Shown piece after piece: positions 58,433-64,000 of a stretch of DNA of 64,000 nt (within the stretch, counting starts at the first letter, position 1; every line of letters starts with the position of its first letter). The stretch lies in assembly GCA_963805625.1 (NCBI GenBank), contig CAWDVE010000010.1:1312001-1376000 (forward strand). Reading direction: 5' to 3'. The notes under the pieces were generated by a model. That model searched no databases. It saw only the letters and a list, made by a program, of their open reading frames with translations, and was not told the DNA's origin. The stretch comes from an uncultured Candidatus Rokubacteria bacterium (lineage in GTDB: Bacteria > Methylomirabilota > Methylomirabilia > Rokubacteriales > DASRDR01). A program made the translations under genes and the position numbers.

Positions 58433-59401
58433 TCAGAAGGCGCCGAGCTGCCGCCGCAGCCGCGCCTTGCGCTCCTTGTCCACGAAGGAGATGAACACGT
58501 CCTCGATCGTCGGGGGAACCACGCGCACCGCCGCCGTCAGCCGGGCGGCCGCCAGGCGCTCCACCACCGCCGCCTCGGTGAGCTCGCGCTCGGCCGACAC
58601 GACGCGCACCACCGCTCCGTAGCGGACGGCTTCCTCGACGGCGGGCCAGTCGGCAAGGATGTCGATCGCCCGCTGGGGCTCCGGCGCCTCCACCTGGAAC
58701 ACGGGCCGCCCGAACGCGTCGGCCTTGATCACGGCTGGCGTGCCCTGCGCGATCAGCCGCCCCTGGTAGATGAACCCCAGCCGGTCGCAATGCTCGGCCT
58801 CGTCCATGTAGTGAGTCGTCACCACCACGGTGACGCCGCTGTCGGCGAGGCGCCGGATCAGCTCCCAGAAGGTGCGGCGGGACACCGGGTCGACGCCGGC
58901 CGTCGGCTCGTCGAGGAACATGAGCCGGGGCGCGTGGACGAGCGCGCAGGCGAGCGCCAGCCGCTGACGGTAGCCGCCCGACAGGTGGCCCGCCAGCGTG
59001 TCCTCGCGGCCAACCAGGTCTGCGAGCTGGATCATCCGGTCGATGCGCTCTCGCCGGAGCCGGCCCGGCACGCCGTAGACCATCGCGTAGAAGACGAGGT
59101 TCTCGGCGGCCGACAGGTCGTCGTAGAGCGAGAAGCGCTGCGACATGTACCCGATGGCGGCCTTGATCCGCTCGGGCTCCCGGCGAAGGTCGATGTCGAG
59201 GACGCGCCCACTTCCGTCGGTGGGCTCGAGGATGCCGCAGAGCATCCGGAGGGTCGTGGACTTCCCGGCGCCGTTCGGACCCAGGAAGCCGTAGAGCTCG
59301 CCCGCCTCGACCCGGAGGTCGACGTGATCGACCGCCGTGAAGGCGCCGAAGCGCTTGGTAAGTCCCTCGGTCAGAACCGCGGGATCGGCCGACTCCACCA
59401 T
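58433..59401 (-). CDS. ABC exporter ATP-binding protein (YbhF-like)
   Basis: GPNGAGKST, LSGG..QR, LDEPTAGVDP, TTHYMDEAE. Confidence 0.95.
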   Translation of the reverse strand: MVESADPAVLTEGLTKRFGAFTAVDHVDLRVEAGELYGFLGPNGAGKSTTLRMLCGILEPTDGSGRVLDIDLRREPERIKAAIGYMSQRFSLYDDLSAAENLVFYAMVYGVPGRLRRERIDRMIQLADLVGREDTLAGHLSGGYRQRLALACALVHAPRLMFLDEPTAGVDPVSRRTFWELIRRLADSGVTVVVTTHYMDEAEHCDRLGFIYQGRLIAQGTPAVIKADAFGRPVFQVEAPEPQRAIDILADWPAVEEAVRYGAVVRVVSAERELTEAAVVERLAAARLTAAVRVVPPTIEDVFISFVDKERKARLRRQLGAF

Positions 59402-59433
59402 CTCGAGGGAGGCGTCCCCGATGGAGGCGGCGG

Positions 59434-61116
59434 CTATCCGCCGGCGACTGTGACCGGAAGGGCACCGAGACGGAGCGCCTCGGCCCGGAGGATCTCCCAC
59501 GCCCGCCGCACGTGGCGCTCCTCCGTCCGGATGTTGCCGATGGCGAGGCGGAGCGCGTAGCGCCCGCCGAGGATCACGTGAGACAGGAACGCCTCGCCCG
59601 AGGCGTTCACGCCCTCGAGCAGCCGCTTGTTCAGGGCACCCAGCCGCGGGTCGTCGGAAACCCAACCCCGGGGCCGGAGCCGGAAAACGACCGTGCTGAA
59701 CGGGACGGGGGCGATGCGCACCCAGTCCGGATCGCCGTCGACCCACTCGGCGAAGAGCCGTCCGAGCCGCATGTGCTCACGCAAGCGCGCCTCGATGCCG
59801 GACCGGCCGAACGCGCGAAGCACCATCCAGAGCTTCAGCGCCCGGAAGCGGCGGCCGAGCTGCGGCCCCCAGTCCATGTAGTTCTCGACCGCGCTCCCTT
59901 CCGGCGTCTGGAGGTACGAGGGCACGAGGGTGAAGGCGCGCTTGAGCACGTCGGGACGCCGGCAGAACAGGGCCGAGCAGTCGATGGGCGTGAAGAGCCA
60001 CTTGTGCGGGTTGACGACGATCGAGTCGGCGCGGTCGCACCCGGCCAGCACCTCACGCCGCTCGGGCAGGATGGCCGCGACCCCGCCGTATGCGGCGTCG
60101 ACGTGGAGCCAGAGTCCCTCCCGCGCGGCGATGTCGGCGATCGCCGGCACAGGATCCACGCTCGTCGTCCCCGTCGTCCCGACGGTCGCGCACACGGCGA
60201 TGGGTCGCCAGCCGGCGGCCCGATCCTCGCTGATCGCGCGGGCCAGCGCCGCCGGATCCATCCGGAACTCGCGGTCCGTCGGGATCTTCCGCACGCCCTC
60301 GCGCCCGAAGCCGAGGATGATCGCGCCCTTCTCGACGGAATTGTGCGCCTGCTCGGACGTGTAGACGCGGAGGCGCGGGATGTCGGGTCGCCCGGCCATC
60401 CCCTGCTCCCGGATTTCGAGCCCGGCGGCCTCGCGCGCCGCCGCGAGCCCGCAGAGGGTCGAGATCGATGCGGTGTCGTAGATGACGCCGTGGAAGTCCG
60501 CGGGCAGGCCGAGGAGCTTCCGCAGCCAGTCGAGGACGACCTCCTCCAGCTCGGTCGCGGCCGGAGACGTGCGCCAAAGCATGGCGTTGACGTTGAGCGC
60601 GGCGCAGAGGAGCTCGCCGAGGATCCCTGGAGCGGAGCCGCTGATCGCGAAGTAGGCGAAGAAGCCCGGATGGTTCCAGTGCGTGATGCCCGGGAGGATC
60701 ACGCGCTCGAAGTCCGCGAGGACCCGATGAAGCGGCTCGGGCGCGTCCGGTGCCTCACTTGGAAGCGCCTGCCGGACATCGCCGGGCTTGACTCGAGCCA
60801 GCACGGGGAATCGTTCAGGATCAGCCAGGTAGTCCGTGATCCAATCAATGACCCGTCTCCCGTACGCGCGGAACATCTCGGGATGAAGGTCTCCCTCCGT
60901 CGGCAGCACGGGTGGCTCGAGAAGATAGCTTGGCGTGACGTCAGGACGATTCTGATAGATCGCCATCCGGACGTCGCTGATCTTCCCGAGTGCTTCGCCA
61001 ATGCTCCGAATGTTCTGCTCGGGAGCCATCCCCAGATCCCGAATGACGGATGCAGCCTCGTCGAGAAGGCGACCAGCCTGTCTCAGAAGGTCCTCTAAAC
61101 GTTCGGGAGACTCCAC
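59434..61116 (-). CDS. Group II PLP decarboxylase (aromatic-L-amino-acid decarboxylase-like) with a ~70-aa N-terminal extension
   Basis: THWNHP.FFAYF, SPAATELE, GTT.T.S.D, HVDAAY, NPHKW, LGRRFRALKLW; GTG start after GAGGAG. Confidence 0.92.
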   Translation of the reverse strand: MESPERLEDLLRQAGRLLDEAASVIRDLGMAPEQNIRSIGEALGKISDVRMAIYQNRPDVTPSYLLEPPVLPTEGDLHPEMFRAYGRRVIDWITDYLADPERFPVLARVKPGDVRQALPSEAPDAPEPLHRVLADFERVILPGITHWNHPGFFAYFAISGSAPGILGELLCAALNVNAMLWRTSPAATELEEVVLDWLRKLLGLPADFHGVIYDTASISTLCGLAAAREAAGLEIREQGMAGRPDIPRLRVYTSEQAHNSVEKGAIILGFGREGVRKIPTDREFRMDPAALARAISEDRAAGWRPIAVCATVGTTGTTSVDPVPAIADIAAREGLWLHVDAAYGGVAAILPERREVLAGCDRADSIVVNPHKWLFTPIDCSALFCRRPDVLKRAFTLVPSYLQTPEGSAVENYMDWGPQLGRRFRALKLWMVLRAFGRSGIEARLREHMRLGRLFAEWVDGDPDWVRIAPVPFSTVVFRLRPRGWVSDDPRLGALNKRLLEGVNASGEAFLSHVILGGRYALRLAIGNIRTEERHVRRAWEILRAEALRLGALPVTVAGG

Positions 61117-61129
61117 GCGCTTCTCCTCG

Positions 61130-62443
61130 TCAGTCCGTCGCGATGACGGCGTCCGCAGGCATGCCCGGCTTGAGCCGCCCGTCCGGGTTGGCGATCGCGA
61201 TCTTGACCCGGAACACCAGGTTGACCCGCTCCTTCTGCGTCTGCACGTTCCGCGGCGTGAACTCCGCCCCGGAAGCGATCTCGGTGATCCGGCCCTCGAA
61301 CGGTCGCCCGGGAAAGGCATCCACGGTGACTCGTGCCGTCTGGCCGACCCGCACCCGGCCCAGGTCGGTCTCCGGAATATACGCCCGGAGCCAGATGTCT
61401 CCGGGATCGACGAGCGTCACGATGGCCGAGCCGGGCGCCGCAGTCGCCCCGGGCTCGAGGCTCTTCCGCAGCACCACGCTGTCCATCGGCGCCTCGATCC
61501 GGGTGTCCGCGAGACGCGTGCGCGCCTGCACCAGGGTGGCCTCGGCCTGGGCGAGCTGAGCCCGGGCCGTATCCACCTGGCCGGGCCGGGGCCCGGCCTC
61601 GACCAGCGCGAGCCGCTCCCGGGCGGCCCGGACCTCGGCGCGCGCGGCCTCGACCTGATCCGGTCGCGGCCCCGCCTCGACGAGGCGCAGACGCTCCCGA
61701 GCCTGGCGAACCTCCGCCCGCGCTGCTTCCACCTGCTCGCTCCGCGGGCCGGCGATCACCAAGGCGAGCTGCTCCCGCGCCGTGCGCTCCTGCATCCGCG
61801 CGACCTCGAAGGCCTGCCAGGCGCGATCCTTGTCGGCCGCCGCCACTAGGTTCCGGTCGTAGAGCGACTTGAGCCGTTCGAACTCCCGCTCCGTCCACAC
61901 CCGAGTCGCCTCGGCCGAGGCCACGGCGCTTCGCGCCTGCTCGATCTCCTGCGCCCGCGACCCGGCCTCGAGATCGCGCTGCCGCGCCTCGGCCTGGGCT
62001 ACCACCTGGCGTGCCGCCTGGATCTCCTCCCGCCGTGCGCCGGCGACGAGGTCGGCCAGGGCTGCCTCGGCGCGCCCGACGTGCGCCCCCGCCTCGGCGA
62101 TCTCTTCCTTCCGAGCCCCAGCCAGGAGGTCGCGTAGCTGCGCCTGCGTCACGCGCACCCCCGCCTCGAGCCGGGCCACGTCCGCCGCCAGCTCGGCGTC
62201 GTCGAGCTGGATCACGAGCTCGCCCCGGCGGACGCGGCTGCCCTCCTCGACGCGGATCGCGGCAACACGGGCGGTCGTCTTGGGCGACAGGTCCACTTCG
62301 CGTGCCTCGATCGTCCCGGTCACCGTGAGGCCGGCGGTGTGCGGCTCGCGCCGCGACAGCGCCCAGAGCCCGACCGCTGCCAGCCCGACGAGGGCCACCA
62401 CAACCAGGACCACGCCCCTGAGGGCTCGGCCGAATGGACTCAT
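61130..62443 (-). CDS. HlyD-family membrane fusion protein with an extended coiled coil
   Basis: TGTIEA, V.EG..V..G, repeated AG.R.E units, AEFTPRNVQT..ER..LVF.VK, LKPGMP. Confidence 0.93.
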   Translation of the reverse strand: MSPFGRALRGVVLVVVALVGLAAVGLWALSRREPHTAGLTVTGTIEAREVDLSPKTTARVAAIRVEEGSRVRRGELVIQLDDAELAADVARLEAGVRVTQAQLRDLLAGARKEEIAEAGAHVGRAEAALADLVAGARREEIQAARQVVAQAEARQRDLEAGSRAQEIEQARSAVASAEATRVWTEREFERLKSLYDRNLVAAADKDRAWQAFEVARMQERTAREQLALVIAGPRSEQVEAARAEVRQARERLRLVEAGPRPDQVEAARAEVRAARERLALVEAGPRPGQVDTARAQLAQAEATLVQARTRLADTRIEAPMDSVVLRKSLEPGATAAPGSAIVTLVDPGDIWLRAYIPETDLGRVRVGQTARVTVDAFPGRPFEGRITEIASGAEFTPRNVQTQKERVNLVFRVKIAIANPDGRLKPGMPADAVIATD

Positions 62444-62453
62444 CGCTGCGGCG

Positions 62454-63788
62454 CTACTGCCTGGCCGCGGCGGGCGGAACCGGCAGGAGGATCGCGGTCG
62501 TGCGGCGCTCGGCCACGAGGTGACGCTCCGCCACCCGCCGCACGTCCTCGCGCGTGACCGCGCGGATACCCGGCAGGTAGGCCTCGCGAAGCCGCCAGCC
62601 CCCGAGAAGCTCGTGGCGCGCGAGCGACGCTGACCGGCTGAAGACGGAATCCTGGCCGAAGAGGTAGGCGGCCTCCAGCTGGTTCTGGGCGCGCCGGAGC
62701 TCCTCCTCGGAGATGAGCTCGGTGCGCAGCCGCTCCACCTCGGCGTTGAGCGCCCTCTCGGCCTCCTCCACCGTGCGCCCGGGCAGCACCGTCACGTAGA
62801 AGGTGAACGTGTCCGGGTCGAGCGTGAGACGCGGGTAGTCACCGGCGGCCTCGAGGGCGAGCCGCTCCTCGTACACGAGCCGCCGATAGAGCCGCGACGT
62901 CCGCCCGCCCGACAGGACCGTCGACAGGACCTCGAGAGGGTAGGCGTCCTCCGATCGGTGATTGGGCACCGGATAGCCCGCGAAGACGACGGGAAGCTGC
63001 GCCTCTTTCCGCAGCCAGACTCGCCGCTCGCCGCGTTGCTCGGGTTCCACCACGGCGACGCGCGGCGGGTCGGGGCCCCGGGGAATGCCCTCGAACCGGG
63101 TCCGGATCTTCTCGAGGAGCTCGGCCGCACGGAAGTCCCCGACGACAGCGACGATCGCGTTGTTGGGCCGGTAGTAGGCCTCGTACCAGCCCCGAAGGTC
63201 GCTCGCCGTCAGGCGCTCGATGTCCTGGGCGAGCCCGATCGTCGGCAGCCGATAGGGGTGGACCACGAAGGCGACGGTGTTGAAGAGCTCGGCGAGGGCT
63301 CCGACCGGGTCGTCTTCCGTGCGTGTCCGGCGCTCCTCCATCACGACCTTCCGCTCGGCGTCGACCTCTCGGGGGTCGAGGAGAAGATGCCGCATCCGGT
63401 CAGCCTCGAGCTCGAGGACGAGGTCGAGCTGCTCGGCTGCGACGGTCACGTGGTACACGGTGACGTCGCGGCTCGTGAAGGCGTTGTCCTGGCCACCCAC
63501 CGTCTCGACCAGCTTCGAGAGGACCCCGGGCCCGTACCTCGGCGTCCCCTTGAACATCATGTGCTCGAGGTAGTGGGACAGCCCGCTCAACCCGACCCGT
63601 TCGTCGCGCGAGCCGACGCGGTACCAGACCTGGAAGCTGGCGACCGGGCTCCGGTGGTCCTCCTGGAGGAGAACTCGCAGGCCGTTGTCGAGCGTCGCCT
63701 CGACGATTTCCTCCGCACCCACCCACGGGCACGCGAGGCCGACGAGGAGAAGGATCAGAAGACGGGCGAGGCGACCGGGTCGGCTCAC
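62454..63788 (-). CDS. M16 zinc peptidase, catalytic subunit
   Basis: WYRVGS.DE..G.SHYLEHMMFKGT, NAFT, EERR.R, HPY, SRLY..LV. Confidence 0.95.
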   Translation of the reverse strand: MSRPGRLARLLILLLVGLACPWVGAEEIVEATLDNGLRVLLQEDHRSPVASFQVWYRVGSRDERVGLSGLSHYLEHMMFKGTPRYGPGVLSKLVETVGGQDNAFTSRDVTVYHVTVAAEQLDLVLELEADRMRHLLLDPREVDAERKVVMEERRTRTEDDPVGALAELFNTVAFVVHPYRLPTIGLAQDIERLTASDLRGWYEAYYRPNNAIVAVVGDFRAAELLEKIRTRFEGIPRGPDPPRVAVVEPEQRGERRVWLRKEAQLPVVFAGYPVPNHRSEDAYPLEVLSTVLSGGRTSRLYRRLVYEERLALEAAGDYPRLTLDPDTFTFYVTVLPGRTVEEAERALNAEVERLRTELISEEELRRAQNQLEAAYLFGQDSVFSRSASLARHELLGGWRLREAYLPGIRAVTREDVRRVAERHLVAERRTTAILLPVPPAAARQ

Positions 63789-64000
63789 GGCGCCAGTATA
63801 CAGGCGGTCCCGACCTCCCGGAGGACCCGAGACCGGCCGGTGCCTGCGTCACAAAGTCATTAGAGACGGCGGGTTACCGCCGATCTTCCCAGCTCGGGTG
63901 AGCGCACGGCGAGCGCGACCGGCACGGCCGCGACCCCCAGCAGCGCTGCCAGATAGCACCCTCCGGCGAAGGAGCCGGACCAGTCCTTGATCCAGCCCGT

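Noticed and set aside
61560-62140. Internal repeats in the HlyD gene
   Set aside because: They are the ordinary repeated coiled-coil units (AG.R.E) of long membrane fusion proteins, not an array.

Overview
Very GC-rich (about 70% by eye) bacterial chromosomal window. Gene style suggests Ca. Rokubacteria/Methylomirabilota (inference only). From left to right: (1) 1-11067, a trehalose/alpha-glucan cluster (otsB-domain end, glgE, treS, glgA/glgM-type, maltokinase fused to a DUF5752-like domain, two glycosyltransferase homologues with eroded catalytic motifs, a CmpX-like membrane protein). (2) A YdbH-like gene followed by two paralogous YdbL-type lipoproteins. (3) A lysE gene split in two by a ~6.46-kb insertion (20808-27269) that has no integrase. 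The insert carries phage-like genes, an XRE repressor with a palindromic operator, PEP-CTERM-type proteins and two paralogous ~65-aa proteins, each behind a sigma54-type promoter. (4) Metabolic and transport genes, including a dapF with both catalytic Cys replaced by Ser. (5) An adenylate cyclase / LysM-deacetylase / LysM-TPR / HD-GYP cluster. (6) An HlyD-ABC exporter operon with an embedded aromatic-amino-acid decarboxylase, lying between the two halves of an M16 peptidase pair. Three transporter genes (lysE, mscS, corA) are collapsed by large internal deletions, and several genes appear leaderless. I found no rRNA, tRNA, CRISPR array, transposase or integrase. All calls come from motif recognition by eye; no database searches were run.
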